DNA of 64,000 bases. Origin: Bacillota bacterium (GTDB lineage: Bacteria; Bacillota; Limnochordia; Darwinibacteriales; DTU012). Below the pieces are notes generated by a model. That model made no database searches. It worked only from the letters and a program-made list of their open reading frames with translations, and was not told the DNA's origin. The position numbers were made by a program, and so were the translations under genes. Shown here in pieces: positions 52,584 through 63,386 of this stretch. The DNA is taken from contig DUVS01000015.1 of the NCBI GenBank assembly GCA_012840925.1, positions 119,142-183,141 of the forward strand, written 5' to 3'. Numbering within the stretch: position 1 is the first letter of the stretch; each line of letters begins with the position of its first letter.

Positions 52584-54020
52584 ATGCTGCGGAAGGTTGT
52601 TATCTCTTCTTTTTTGAATCAGGTTTTGGTTGGTATTGTTGAAGAAGGACGATTGGCCGAGTTCTTTCGTGAAAAGGACGAAACCAGCCGTATTGTTGGC
52701 AACATCTATAAAGGCAGAATCGAAAATGTGTTACCGGGAATGGCAGCGGCATTTGTTGACTTAGGACTGGAACGGAACGGTTTCTTATATGTGGCTGACT
52801 TGAAAGGGGAGAAGGAGCGCCCCATCAACGAACTGGTCAAAAAGGGGCAAGAGATTCTGGTTCAGGTGGCCAAGGAACCGGAAGGAGCCAAGGGAGCCAG
52901 AGTTGTGACCAGCATTTCCCTGCCGGGGCGATTCTTGGTGCTGATGCCCCAGGAAAACAGTATTGGTGTTTCCCGCCAGATTCCCGATTCCCAGGAGCGG
53001 GCCCGGCTGCGGGAGCTGGCCAGTGAACTTAAGCCGCCAGGGATGGGTCTGATTATCCGAACAGCAGCTTCCGGACGTTCTGAGCAAGAATTGATGGAAG
53101 AAAGGGACCAACTGCTGCAGCTGTGGCAGGGCATTGTGGCGCAAAGCCGGAAGTGTTCAGCTCCGGCTCTGCTTTACCACGACCATGACTTGATCTACCG
53201 GATCATGCGGGATGTGGTGACTGATGACACCGAGGTTATTATCGTGGATCAGCCCTGGATCTATGACCGAATCATCGATATCCGTGCCAAGCTGCGGATT
53301 TCGCCAACCACCAAGGTTGAGCTGTATCGCGGTGAAGTTGCTTTGTTTGATCAGCTTGGGTTGTCCCGGGATCTGGAAAAGGCGACTCACAAGCGTGTTT
53401 GGCTGAACAGCGGCGGCTATTTGATCATCGACCAAACCGAAGCCCTGGTCAGCATCGATGTCAACACCGGCAAGTATACCGGCAGTAAGAACCTGGCGGA
53501 AACAGTGCTCCGTACAAATCTGGAGGCGGCCCAGGAAATTGCCAAACAGCTGCGGCTGCGCAATATTGGCGGTATCATCATTATTGATTTTATCGACATG
53601 AGCAGCCCACATGATCGCCAGTTAGTATTGGATGCTCTGACCAAAGCCTTAGCCACCGACAAAACCAAGAGCCATGTCCTTGGATTCACCCAGCTGGGTT
53701 TAGTGGAAATGACCAGGAAAAAGGCGAAGACGAGATTAAGCCATATTATGGAAACACCGTGCCCCCACTGTGGAGGCACTGGCAGCGTGCTATCCCAGGA
53801 CACGATTGCTATCAATACGGCTCAGCAGATCTATTCTCTGGCCAGAGAAAAGGACGTGAAATCGATCAAAGTGGCCTGCCATCCACTGGTGGCGGCAGTT
53901 TTGGTCGGAAACAATAAGGAGAACATTAAACTGATGCGCAAGCAGACAGGCAAGAGAATTACGATCAGAGGCTGCGATCAGTTTGAACTTGATTACACCG
54001 AAATCAGCTGTCAGCGTTGA
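52584..54020 (+). CDS. rng: RNase G/E-family endoribonuclease
   Basis: S1 domain NIYKGRIENVLPGMAAAFVDLG. DNase-I-like and Zn-link CPHCGGTG. 478 aa with no long C-terminal scaffold. Confidence 0.85.
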   Translation: MLRKVVISSFLNQVLVGIVEEGRLAEFFREKDETSRIVGNIYKGRIENVLPGMAAAFVDLGLERNGFLYVADLKGEKERPINELVKKGQEILVQVAKEPEGAKGARVVTSISLPGRFLVLMPQENSIGVSRQIPDSQERARLRELASELKPPGMGLIIRTAASGRSEQELMEERDQLLQLWQGIVAQSRKCSAPALLYHDHDLIYRIMRDVVTDDTEVIIVDQPWIYDRIIDIRAKLRISPTTKVELYRGEVALFDQLGLSRDLEKATHKRVWLNSGGYLIIDQTEALVSIDVNTGKYTGSKNLAETVLRTNLEAAQEIAKQLRLRNIGGIIIIDFIDMSSPHDRQLVLDALTKALATDKTKSHVLGFTQLGLVEMTRKKAKTRLSHIMETPCPHCGGTGSVLSQDTIAINTAQQIYSLAREKDVKSIKVACHPLVAAVLVGNNKENIKLMRKQTGKRITIRGCDQFELDYTEISCQR

Positions 54021-54045
54021 CAAGTGCAGTTTTGGGTGTTAAAAT
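54017..54045 (+). promoter_or_regulatory. sigma-A promoter for rplU-prp-rpmA
   Basis: TTGACA, 17-nt spacer, TAAAAT. A structured leader of about 100 nt follows (possible L21 leader). Confidence 0.5.
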
Positions 54046-54148
54046 TATTGAAGCGGGTTTGGATGTGTTGTGAAACCGCATGGTACAGGCTTTTTAAAAC
54101 ACAGCATGTGTGCCTGGGACCAGCGAGTCTGAGCAAGGAGGTGGAGTA

Positions 54149-54460
54149 ATGTACGCTGTTATTGAAACAGGCGGGAAGCAGTATCGAGTTACTGAAGGTG
54201 ACGCCATCTATGTAGAGAAGTTAGCCACACCCGTCGGCGAACAGGTAGTACTGGATCGCGTTCTCCTGGTAAGCAAAGATGGTGATGTTACAGTTGGCAC
54301 TCCAACTGTAGCCAATGCCAAAGTTACTGCCAGAGTCGAGGATCAAGGTAAGGGCAACAAAGTGATTGTATTCAAGTATAAGCCCAAGAGAAACTACCGC
54401 AAGAAGACCGGTCATCGTCAGCCGTTTACCAAGTTGGTAATTGAAAAGATTGAGGCTTAA
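54149..54460 (+). CDS. rplU: 50S ribosomal protein L21
   Basis: [14 protein letters not shown]...; RBS AAGGAGGTGGAG. Confidence 0.95.
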   Translation: MYAVIETGGKQYRVTEGDAIYVEKLATPVGEQVVLDRVLLVSKDGDVTVGTPTVANAKVTARVEDQGKGNKVIVFKYKPKRNYRKKTGHRQPFTKLVIEKIEA

Positions 54461-54792
54461 TGACTAAGATTGCAGTTTTCAAAGTAGGGAAAGATATTGT
54501 TGGTTTTGCTGCTGAGGGCCATACGGGTTTCGCCCGGTATGGCGAGGATATTGTCTGTGCAGCCGTATCAGTACTGACCCAAACCGCAGTGATTGGCTTG
54601 CAGGAATTATTGGGAATAGCAGTCGATGTCCAAATCAAAGATGGATTCTTAAAATGTACGTTACCGCAAAAACTGCCAGATCAAGTTTGGCAGCAGAGCC
54701 AGTTAATCATGCAAGTGATGTATGCAGGCTTGAAAGCCGTGTTCCAGGAATACGGAACAGCCTACCTGGAGATTGAGGAGGTGGAGCAATGA
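54460..54792 (+). CDS. prp: ribosomal-processing cysteine protease Prp
   Basis: [20 protein letters not shown] is the DUF464/Prp signature. Lies between rplU and rpmA. Confidence 0.85.
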   Translation: MTKIAVFKVGKDIVGFAAEGHTGFARYGEDIVCAAVSVLTQTAVIGLQELLGIAVDVQIKDGFLKCTLPQKLPDQVWQQSQLIMQVMYAGLKAVFQEYGTAYLEIEEVEQ

Positions 54793-55082
54793 GAATAAAT
54801 CTGCAGCTGTTTGCAACTAAGAAGGGTGGAGGCAGCACCAAGAATGGTCGCGATTCCATTTCCAAGCGTTTAGGTGTGAAAAGACACGACGGACAATATG
54901 TCAGTGCCGGCAGCATTCTAGTAAGGCAGCGCGGTACCAAGATCAGGCCGGGTGCCAATGTCGGGCTTGGCAAGGATGATACACTATTTGCCAAAGTTGA
55001 TGGATATGTTACTTTTGAACGCTGTGGCAAAGACCACAAGCAAGTAAGTGTTCTGGCTGAAAGGGAAGTCGTTACAGCGTAA
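54789..55082 (+). CDS. rpmA: 50S ribosomal protein L27, with an N-terminal propeptide
   Basis: MRINLQLFA|[14 protein letters not shown] shows the Prp cleavage motif FA|T. Confidence 0.95.
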   Translation: MRINLQLFATKKGGGSTKNGRDSISKRLGVKRHDGQYVSAGSILVRQRGTKIRPGANVGLGKDDTLFAKVDGYVTFERCGKDHKQVSVLAEREVVTA

Positions 55083-55093
55083 ACTGAAGTGTC

Positions 55094-55128
55094 AAACCCT
55101 TTTGTACACAAGTGCAAGAGGGTTTTTT
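55094..55128 (+). terminator. terminator after rpmA
   Basis: AAACCCT...AGGGTTT stem followed by TTTTCA. Confidence 0.65.
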
Positions 55129-55183
55129 CATGATTAGGCTAAAGGCCCGGGGGATACGCTATGATGGTAATGAGGGAAAGTGA

Positions 55184-56482
<1,299 letters not shown>

Positions 56483-56603
56483 ATGTTTTCAAGGCCCCGA
56501 GCCTTTACTTGAAAAGGCGAAGGGTCTTTGTTGTATGCAGCAGGAAATTGCCACTTATTTCCAGAACAAATAAGTGAAAATTAACAAAGGAAGGTGGCTA
56601 GGT

Positions 56604-57923
56604 ATGAGTGAGGTTTTCAAGGGTATAGACAGGATTAAATACGAAGGTCCCGATTCCAGGAATCCTTTGGCCTTTAAACATTATAATGCTGACGAGTTGG
56701 TTGGCGATCGAACCATGGCTGATCATCTGCGGTTTGCGGTAGCCTATTGGCATACTTTTACCGGAAAAGGTGTCGATCCCTTTGGTGCAGCCACTATGAT
56801 CCGCCCCTGGGATCAGCCGAGCAATCCGTTGGATCAGGCAAAAGAACGAATGATCGCTGCCTTCGAGTTCATGAGCAAACTAGGAGTACAGTATTTCTGC
56901 TTCCATGACCGGGACATCGCCCCGGAGGGAGAAAACTTGCGCGAGACCAACAAGAATCTCGATGTGATGGTGGATTTGGCCAAGCAGTTGATGGAAGATA
57001 CCGGTATCAAACTGCTGTGGGGTACAGCCAACCTGTTCAACCATCCCCGCTATGTTCACGGTGCTGCCACTTCATGCAATGCTGATGTCTTTGCCTATGC
57101 CGCGGCCCAGGTCAAGAAAGCTTTGGAAATAACCAAGGAGCTGGGCGGTGAAAACTATGTCTTTTGGGGCGGCCGGGAAGGCTATGAGACTTTGCTCAAC
57201 ACCAACATGCAGCTGGAACTGGATAATTTTGCCCGATTCCTGCACATGGCTGTTGATTATGCCAAAGAAATTGGATTTACCGGACAGTTCCTGATCGAAC
57301 CAAAACCAAAGGAGCCAACCAAGCATCAGTATGATTTCGATGCGGCTTCAGTCCACGGCTTCCTTCTGAAATACGGTTTGGAGGAACATTTCAAACTGAA
57401 CATTGAGGCCAACCATGCCACCTTGGCCGGCCATACTTTCCAACATGATCTGCATTACGCCCGGATTAACGGACTGTTGGGCAGTGTCGATGCCAATCAG
57501 GGAGATCTGCTGTTAGGCTGGGATACGGATCAGATGCCGACAGATATTTACACAACCACACTGGCTATGTATGAAATCCTGAAAAACGGTGGCCTGCAGC
57601 CTGGAGGATTGAACTTCGACTGCAAGGTCCGGAGAGGTTCGTTCGAACTGGATGATCTGTTCATCGGCCATATTGTTGGATTTGATGCTTTTGCCTACGG
57701 CCTCAAGGTTGCCCATAAGCTGCTGCAATCCGGAGAATTGGAGCAGTTTGTCGAGAACCGCTATGCCAGCTATACATCAGGCATTGGCAAGCAAATCGTG
57801 GATGGAACCGCTGACTTCAAGCAGTTGGAAGCCTACGCACTCCAGATGCCGGAAATTACCAACCAATCCGGACGCCAAGAAGTGCTTGAATCGATTATCA
57901 ACCGCTATCTACTTCAAGGCTGA
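56604..57923 (+). CDS. xylA: xylose isomerase
   Basis: [32 protein letters not shown] motifs of class II xylose isomerase. ATG at 56604 after AAGGAAGGTGG. Confidence 0.9.
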   Translation: MSEVFKGIDRIKYEGPDSRNPLAFKHYNADELVGDRTMADHLRFAVAYWHTFTGKGVDPFGAATMIRPWDQPSNPLDQAKERMIAAFEFMSKLGVQYFCFHDRDIAPEGENLRETNKNLDVMVDLAKQLMEDTGIKLLWGTANLFNHPRYVHGAATSCNADVFAYAAAQVKKALEITKELGGENYVFWGGREGYETLLNTNMQLELDNFARFLHMAVDYAKEIGFTGQFLIEPKPKEPTKHQYDFDAASVHGFLLKYGLEEHFKLNIEANHATLAGHTFQHDLHYARINGLLGSVDANQGDLLLGWDTDQMPTDIYTTTLAMYEILKNGGLQPGGLNFDCKVRRGSFELDDLFIGHIVGFDAFAYGLKVAHKLLQSGELEQFVENRYASYTSGIGKQIVDGTADFKQLEAYALQMPEITNQSGRQEVLESIINRYLLQG

Positions 57924-57985
57924 CAAAATCCGGTTCAACAGGAACCGGCCAATTGATGCCGAATATATATGAATAGGCTCTGGAA

Positions 57986-58017
57986 CCCACCAAGCCTGGG
58001 TTCTTGGTGGGTTCGAG
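57986..58017 (+). repeat. perfect 12-bp inverted repeat (hairpin) in the xylA-nadD intergenic region
   Basis: GAACCCACCAAG-cctgggtt-CTTGGTGGGTTC, with no downstream U-tract. Confidence 0.6.
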
Positions 58018-58043
58018 CTATTAATCCAAAGAACGGAGTTGCT

Positions 58044-58703
58044 ATGGTTACACAATCTAAGCCTTGCAGAATTGGGGTTATGGGTGGTACATTCGATCCG
58101 ATTCACTATGGCCACCTGGTGACGGCAGAAGTCGTGCGCGGTGAGTTTGATATCGATTTGGTTTTGTTTGTACCATCAGGCGTACCTCCGCACAAAGATC
58201 CTCGTCAGGTCAGTTCTAAGGAACACCGTTATTTGATGACAGTGTTCGCCACCCTGACCAATCCATTCTTCGAAGTCTCCCGGGTTGATATTGACCGGGA
58301 AGGGGAAACCTATACCATCGATACTCTCCGGGACTTGCGAAAGCTTTATGGTGACGAGGCTGAATTGTTCTTTATTACAGGTGCTGATGCCATTGCTGAG
58401 ATCATGGATTGGAAAAATGCGGCGGAGTTAGTGAAACTAGCTGAGTTTGTCGCCGCTACCCGGCCGGGGTACCAGTTCGACCGGAAATTGCAGGAGTGGT
58501 TTGAACAGCACGGGAAAAAGCTGCATTTGCTGCAGGTTCCGGCAATGGCGATTTCGTCGACGGATATCCGCAGGCGTGTGCAGGCACAAAAGTCGATTCG
58601 CTATTTTGTTCCCGAAGCTGTGGAGCATTATATTCGCAAGAACAGTTTATACCTTGAGCATCACACCCATAGCACGGCAGATAATAACGAAATTTCTAGT
58701 TAG
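58044..58703 (+). CDS. nadD: nicotinate-nucleotide adenylyltransferase
   Basis: GVMGGTFDPIHYGHL (HxGH motif), plus an ISSTxxR-type motif ISSTDIRRRV. ATG at 58044 after AAGAACGGAG. Confidence 0.9.
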   Translation: MVTQSKPCRIGVMGGTFDPIHYGHLVTAEVVRGEFDIDLVLFVPSGVPPHKDPRQVSSKEHRYLMTVFATLTNPFFEVSRVDIDREGETYTIDTLRDLRKLYGDEAELFFITGADAIAEIMDWKNAAELVKLAEFVAATRPGYQFDRKLQEWFEQHGKKLHLLQVPAMAISSTDIRRRVQAQKSIRYFVPEAVEHYIRKNSLYLEHHTHSTADNNEISS

Positions 58704-58773
58704 GTGAAGGCAAATGTGCTAGTTGCTGCGGATTTCAAGTAGCACTAGCTCTTTTTGTAAGGGGGTTGCATGG

Positions 58774-60042
58774 GTGCTTAGTCCCGAAGAAATTGCCAGG
58801 AAACAGCAGGAACTAGTAGAAAAACGGGCCTGGAAAAGAAGGCGCAGACGGAAGAGGATTATCTCCACAGTCTTTCTGTGCCTTTTAGGGGTGTTTTTGA
58901 TCTTTGTTTCCGCCTATTTCAGCTACCAGCGAGGGCTGGCAAAAAGAAAAATCTCTACGCCGCGCGGTTCGATTGCCTGGGAGGCTCCAGAGTATCAGCG
59001 CACTCATATTTTATTCCTTGGCACAGACAGCTCTGAAAATGCGCCATCCAGAACGGACACTATTTTTTTAGCAGCTCTTGATCCAAACACCGGCCATGCG
59101 GGGATTATCTCCATCCCGAGAGATACCCGCGTTTATGTCCCTGAACGGGATCGCTGGGACCGGATCAATGCTGTCCATGTTTATGGCGGCCCTGAGTTGA
59201 CCGTAAAAACAGTGTCTGAATTCTTAGGTGTGAGGATTGACTATTACATCGAAACTGATTTCGCCGGTTTCAGCAAGATTATTGATACACTTGGCGGGGT
59301 AGAAATCGACGTGGAAAAGGATATGAAGTACACAGACGTTGCCGGAGGGTTGTACATCGACATCAAAGCCGGCCTTCAGGTCCTGAACGGAGAAACAGCT
59401 CTGGAATATGTGCGCTACCGAGATCACCTCGGGGATGTAGCCTTGGTCAATCCAAACTACGAAGTCTACGGCGGCAGGGTCGAAAGGCAGCGTAAATTCA
59501 TAGTGGCTGTGATCAAAGAGGTCTTGAAGCCCAGTACCATTTTGAAGCTTCCCAAGCTGTTGGGGCAGATATGGGATGCGGTGGATACGAATGTTCCCTG
59601 GACACTCGCCTTGAAATTGGCCTTCGCTGCGGATCGCTTCACTGTGGACAAGATTGAAACGGCAATTGTTCCCGGAACCTCGGAACAGATCAACGGTGCC
59701 TGGTACTGGATCGCTGATACTGAACGGACCAAACAGGTGGTGGAATGGGTTGTCCACGGAGCGCCCATGCCGCTGACTGCAGAGGTTTTGAACGGTTCAG
59801 GAATCCAAGGAATTGCCGCTGCCGCTGCGGAAGTTTTGCGTAATCAAAACGTGGATGTTAAAAGGATCGGCAATGCTGATCACTTTAACTATCCGGTTTC
59901 AGAGATTATAGTAGGTTCGCAGGACGTGGCTGACCAAGTAGCGGAATTGGCCGAGTTGATTCAAGCGGAAGTGTTGATTGATCCATTCAGGGAAGAAACG
60001 GTGGATGTGACGGTTATTGTTGGCAAAAACTTCACCAAATAG
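58774..60042 (+). CDS. LytR-CpsA-Psr (LCP) family cell-wall polymer transferase, with a C-terminal LytR_C domain
   Basis: N-terminal TM. ILFLGTDSS..RTDTIFLAALD...ISIPRDTRV LCP motifs. GTG start 8 nt after AAGGGGG; the earlier ATG has no RBS. Confidence 0.8.
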   Translation: MLSPEEIARKQQELVEKRAWKRRRRRKRIISTVFLCLLGVFLIFVSAYFSYQRGLAKRKISTPRGSIAWEAPEYQRTHILFLGTDSSENAPSRTDTIFLAALDPNTGHAGIISIPRDTRVYVPERDRWDRINAVHVYGGPELTVKTVSEFLGVRIDYYIETDFAGFSKIIDTLGGVEIDVEKDMKYTDVAGGLYIDIKAGLQVLNGETALEYVRYRDHLGDVALVNPNYEVYGGRVERQRKFIVAVIKEVLKPSTILKLPKLLGQIWDAVDTNVPWTLALKLAFAADRFTVDKIETAIVPGTSEQINGAWYWIADTERTKQVVEWVVHGAPMPLTAEVLNGSGIQGIAAAAAEVLRNQNVDVKRIGNADHFNYPVSEIIVGSQDVADQVAELAELIQAEVLIDPFREETVDVTVIVGKNFTK

Positions 60043-60054
60043 GGAGGCGATTGT

Positions 60055-60408
60055 TTGAACAAACTGTCTGGCAAAGACACAGCCATAGCCGTAGCCAGGG
60101 CAATGGATGATAAAAAGGCGGAAGATGTGCAGATTCTGCGCATGAGTGAGAACATGGCGGAGACCGATTACTTTGTGATCTGCAGCTGTACGTCTTTTCC
60201 ACACATGCAGTCCATTACCCAGGCGGTCAGGGAAGCAATGGAACAGCACAACGTAGACTTAAGGCAGCAAGAAGGTCGGGACAATAATCACTGGATCCTG
60301 TTGGATTATGGCGCAGTAGTGGCCCACATTTTTTTGGAATCAGAGCGGAAGTATTACAACCTGGAAAAATTGTGGGCCGATGCCGAAAGGATACCGTTTC
60401 AGGAATGA
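60055..60408 (+). CDS. rsfS: ribosomal silencing factor RsfS (Iojap)
   Basis: DYFVICSCTS..HWILLDYGAVVAHIF. TTG start after GGGAGG. Confidence 0.85.
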   Translation: MNKLSGKDTAIAVARAMDDKKAEDVQILRMSENMAETDYFVICSCTSFPHMQSITQAVREAMEQHNVDLRQQEGRDNNHWILLDYGAVVAHIFLESERKYYNLEKLWADAERIPFQE

Positions 60409-61166
60409 GCAGAGTAGATTCAGCTTACACCCACCTGGCGCAGTACTATGATCGGTTGATGGCTGTGGATTATCAGAAGTGGGTCAGTTATCTGGTGGAG
60501 ATTTGGGCCAGAATGGGTGTAAAACCAAGACGGATTTTGGAGTTGGGTGCCGGCACCGGCGGCATCACCATCCCATTGGCACAAATGGGTTATGAAATAG
60601 TGGCAGTTGACCGCTCACCGGAGATGCTGGCTGTTGCCAAGGAAAAGGCGGTAAAAGCCGGTGTCACGGTTGAGTTTATTACTGAGGCTATGGAGAGAAT
60701 CGATTTAAGGCAGGAGTTTGATCTAATCCTGAGCTGCTGTGATGCGGTCAATTACCTGACCACCGAGGAACAGCTGGCCCGGTTTATGCACCAGGCCTAT
60801 CTGCATGCCAAACCAGGTGGTTTGCTGCTTTTTGATTTAAACTCAGAGCTGAAGCTGAGAGAAATCTACGGCAATCAGTCTTATGCCGAGTTGTTCGATG
60901 ATTTTGGTTACTTTTGGGACAACTGGTTTGATGAGCACCGAGAGATTTGCACGATGAAGCTGACCTTTATGATCAGGGAAGCCAACGGGTTGTACCGCCG
61001 GGCCAGCGAGATGCACCAAGAGAAACTGTGGCGGCCGAGGCAGGTTTTTCTAATTCTGCAGGAGCACAACTGGCAGATCAGTGGCTATTACCAGTTTCCT
61101 ACTTTTGCTGAACCCACCGGTGAAGAAGAACGGTGGCAGTTTGTAGCCCAAAAGGCGATTGAGTAG
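60405..61166 (+). CDS. class I SAM-dependent methyltransferase (YqeM-like)
   Basis: Motif I LELGAGTGGITIPLA. ATGA overlap with the rsfS stop. Same position as Bacillus yqeM. Confidence 0.8.
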   Translation: MSRVDSAYTHLAQYYDRLMAVDYQKWVSYLVEIWARMGVKPRRILELGAGTGGITIPLAQMGYEIVAVDRSPEMLAVAKEKAVKAGVTVEFITEAMERIDLRQEFDLILSCCDAVNYLTTEEQLARFMHQAYLHAKPGGLLLFDLNSELKLREIYGNQSYAELFDDFGYFWDNWFDEHREICTMKLTFMIREANGLYRRASEMHQEKLWRPRQVFLILQEHNWQISGYYQFPTFAEPTGEEERWQFVAQKAIE

Positions 61167-61179
61167 CAGTTAGAAAGCA

Positions 61180-61213
61180 AAATGACGCCAGGAGACTTCC
61201 GGCGTCATTTTTT
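61180..61213 (+). terminator. strong Rho-independent terminator
   Basis: AATGACGCC-aggagacttcc-GGCGTCATT stem followed by TTTTT. Confidence 0.85.
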
Positions 61214-61224
61214 GAGTCGTTTAA

Positions 61225-61422
61225 TTATCGACAACAGCCCCGTTTACCATATCCTCGTTGAGCAAAGTACTGTGCTGCTTTGGCAACTGAGGTCGTCATT
61301 GATAGTTGCTGATTGACCGGGTTAAGGGCTTTTTGCATATGAGGTTGATATCCCGTCATCTGGTGCCGCATCTGGGCTGATGCTTGTTGAACCCACCTTT
61401 TATTAATCCGTTGATAAGCCAA
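61225..61422 (-). CDS. small Gln-rich hypothetical protein (65 aa) ending in ...GCCR; possible spore protein
   Basis: TTG start 8 nt after GGAGGTGA. Low-complexity Q/M-rich sequence. Lies adjacent to, and on the same strand as, the SASP gene. Confidence 0.3.
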   Translation of the reverse strand: MAYQRINKRWVQQASAQMRHQMTGYQPHMQKALNPVNQQLSMTTSVAKAAQYFAQRGYGKRGCCR

Positions 61423-61516
61423 TGGTCCATCACCTCCGTGATCTCCTTTCTATAAGATATGTAGGATCAGGGAAGGCGGTGAGGGATCGAGAGGCAAAAG
61501 AACGAAAGGCTGTGTT

Positions 61517-61547
61517 AATCACAGCCTTCACTTAAAATCAATGCGTT
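61517..61547 (-). terminator. terminator downstream of the SASP gene (bidirectional hairpin)
   Basis: AAGGCTGTG-attaa-CACAGCCTT stem, with a T-rich tract on the minus strand. Confidence 0.6.
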
Positions 61548-61556
61548 TGGGTATGG

Positions 61557-61808
61557 TTATTGTGGGCGGAACGTATTGCCAAGTGTAGTCGCTTGATTAG
61601 CAAGAGCCTGCTCTGCCGATGCAATCATCTTTCTGACCATATGGCCTCCGACAGCGCCGCATTCCCGGGAAGTGATGTTACCCCAGTAACCGGTTTTATA
61701 CTCCGGGTTTATATTCAGCTCTTGAGCAACTTCGTATTTAAATTGGTTCAACGCGTTGTAAGCTTGCGGTACCAGTTTTTGATTTGATGAACCGGAACCT
61801 TGTGCCAT
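61557..61808 (-). CDS. ssp: alpha/beta-type small acid-soluble spore protein
   Basis: KYEVAQELNINPEYKTGYWGNITSRECGAVGGHMVRKMIASAEQ matches the alpha/beta SASP signature (KxEIAxE..G...SRxxGxVGGxMVKxMI). RBS GGGGTG. Confidence 0.9.
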   Translation of the reverse strand: MAQGSGSSNQKLVPQAYNALNQFKYEVAQELNINPEYKTGYWGNITSRECGAVGGHMVRKMIASAEQALANQATTLGNTFRPQ

Positions 61809-62061
61809 TGCTTAACACCCCTTTTTGAAAATGATTTGTTTTGTGCTTATATATTGCCCGCAAATCATACTTTATATCAATGATTGTATTGGCAAATCCG
61901 GTAATTTCTTGTATTGAACACGGGTAAATCTGATGCAGGAAAAGGAGTGTGTGTGTTGAACATAATAACCGACGTCTAATAAAGGGTTTTTCTGCTAAAA
62001 GGATTGTGAAAGGATTCTTAAGTACAACCAAATAAGCGAGTGTAAGAAAGGGTGTGTTGAG

Positions 62062-63372
62062 TTGTTGGTCAAGACATTTCCCCGCGGTGGAGGCCATATT
62101 CCGCATCGTAAAGATGCGACACAAAATAAACCGGTTATGGTAATGCCCGCCCCCAAGCAAGCCATCATCCCTTTGAGCCAGCATGCCGGGGCTCCCTGTC
62201 AACCAATCGTTAAAGTTGGGGATCAGGTCAAATTGGGGCAAAAGATCGGCGAAGCTGAGAAATATATCTCAGCACCTGTCCATGCCAGTGTGTCGGGCCA
62301 AGTCGTGGAGATCGGAGAAAGGACATTGCTGGATGGCACCAAAGCTATGTGTGTGATTATCGAGAATGACGGCCTTGATGAAGCTGAGGCAGCAGTTCAA
62401 CAGGATTATACACGCCTGTCGTCAAGCCAGATAGCTCAACTGATCAAAGAAGCGGGAATTGTCGGCTTAGGAGGGGCAGGGTTTCCCACCCATGTCAAGG
62501 TTGAACCGCCGAAGCCCATTGACACAGTATTAATCAATGGAGCTGAGTGTGAACCGTATTTGACCTGTGACCACCGTTTGATGATCGAACAACCGCACAA
62601 ATTGATTGAGGGCTTGAAGATCTTGATGCAGGCTGTCGGTGCAAGTCAGGGTATCATTGGTGTAGAAGTCAATAAACCTGATGCCATTCGGGTATTGGAG
62701 CAGGCTTGTGCCGAACAGTCTTATATTCGGGTTGTAGGTTTGAAAGTCAAGTATCCGCAGGGCGCAGAAAAGCAGCTGATCAAGGCGGCTCTTGGCCGGG
62801 AAGTGCCTTCAGGGGGCCTGCCGGCAGAAGTAGGATGTATTGTCCAGAATGTCCAGACTGCCATAGCGGTTGCAGATGCAGTTGTTCGGGGCATTGGGCT
62901 TTATCAGAGAGTGATTACTGTGGCGGGAGCGGCAGTATACGATCCCCGTAATGTACTGGTAAGGATTGGCACGCCGATTCAAGAAGTGATTGATTTCTGC
63001 GGCGGAATGGGCAATCCGGCGGCGATCGTGGCCGGTGGGCCGATGACCGGGAAACTTGTTCAAGACTTGACAGCACCGGTAACTAAGCCGCTGTCCGGAA
63101 TCTTAGTGCTGGCCAAAGATGAGATCAGCTATGAGTTGAATCATCCATGCATCCGCTGCGCCCGTTGTATTGATCACTGCCCAATGGGTTTACAGCCGAA
63201 TTACCTGGCGGATTGGAGTAATAAAGGATTATATGATCAGGCCCAGCGTAATTACATCATGGATTGCATCGAATGCGGCCTGTGCTCATTCGTATGCCCG
63301 GCACAACGAGGTTTGTGCAGGTCGATTCAAGCAGGTAAACAAGCAGTAAGAGCTGGAAAAACAGCAATCTAG
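62062..63372 (+). CDS. rnfC: Rnf electron-transport complex subunit C
   Basis: GAGFPTHVK (NADH/FMN-binding), NGAECEPYLTCD, and two ferredoxin CxxCxxCxxxCP motifs (CIRCARCIDHCP, CIECGLCSFVCP). Confidence 0.9.
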   Translation: MLVKTFPRGGGHIPHRKDATQNKPVMVMPAPKQAIIPLSQHAGAPCQPIVKVGDQVKLGQKIGEAEKYISAPVHASVSGQVVEIGERTLLDGTKAMCVIIENDGLDEAEAAVQQDYTRLSSSQIAQLIKEAGIVGLGGAGFPTHVKVEPPKPIDTVLINGAECEPYLTCDHRLMIEQPHKLIEGLKILMQAVGASQGIIGVEVNKPDAIRVLEQACAEQSYIRVVGLKVKYPQGAEKQLIKAALGREVPSGGLPAEVGCIVQNVQTAIAVADAVVRGIGLYQRVITVAGAAVYDPRNVLVRIGTPIQEVIDFCGGMGNPAAIVAGGPMTGKLVQDLTAPVTKPLSGILVLAKDEISYELNHPCIRCARCIDHCPMGLQPNYLADWSNKGLYDQAQRNYIMDCIECGLCSFVCPAQRGLCRSIQAGKQAVRAGKTAI

Positions 63373-63386
63373 CGGAGGTGAGTCAC

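Noticed and set aside
53157-53815. 151-aa and 132-aa minus-strand ORFs inside rng.
   Set aside because: They are antisense shadow ORFs.
58006-58020. GGTGGGTTCGAGC, which resembles a tRNA T-arm.
   Set aside because: The flanking sequence cannot form acceptor, D or anticodon stems. The motif is half of the 12-bp inverted repeat.
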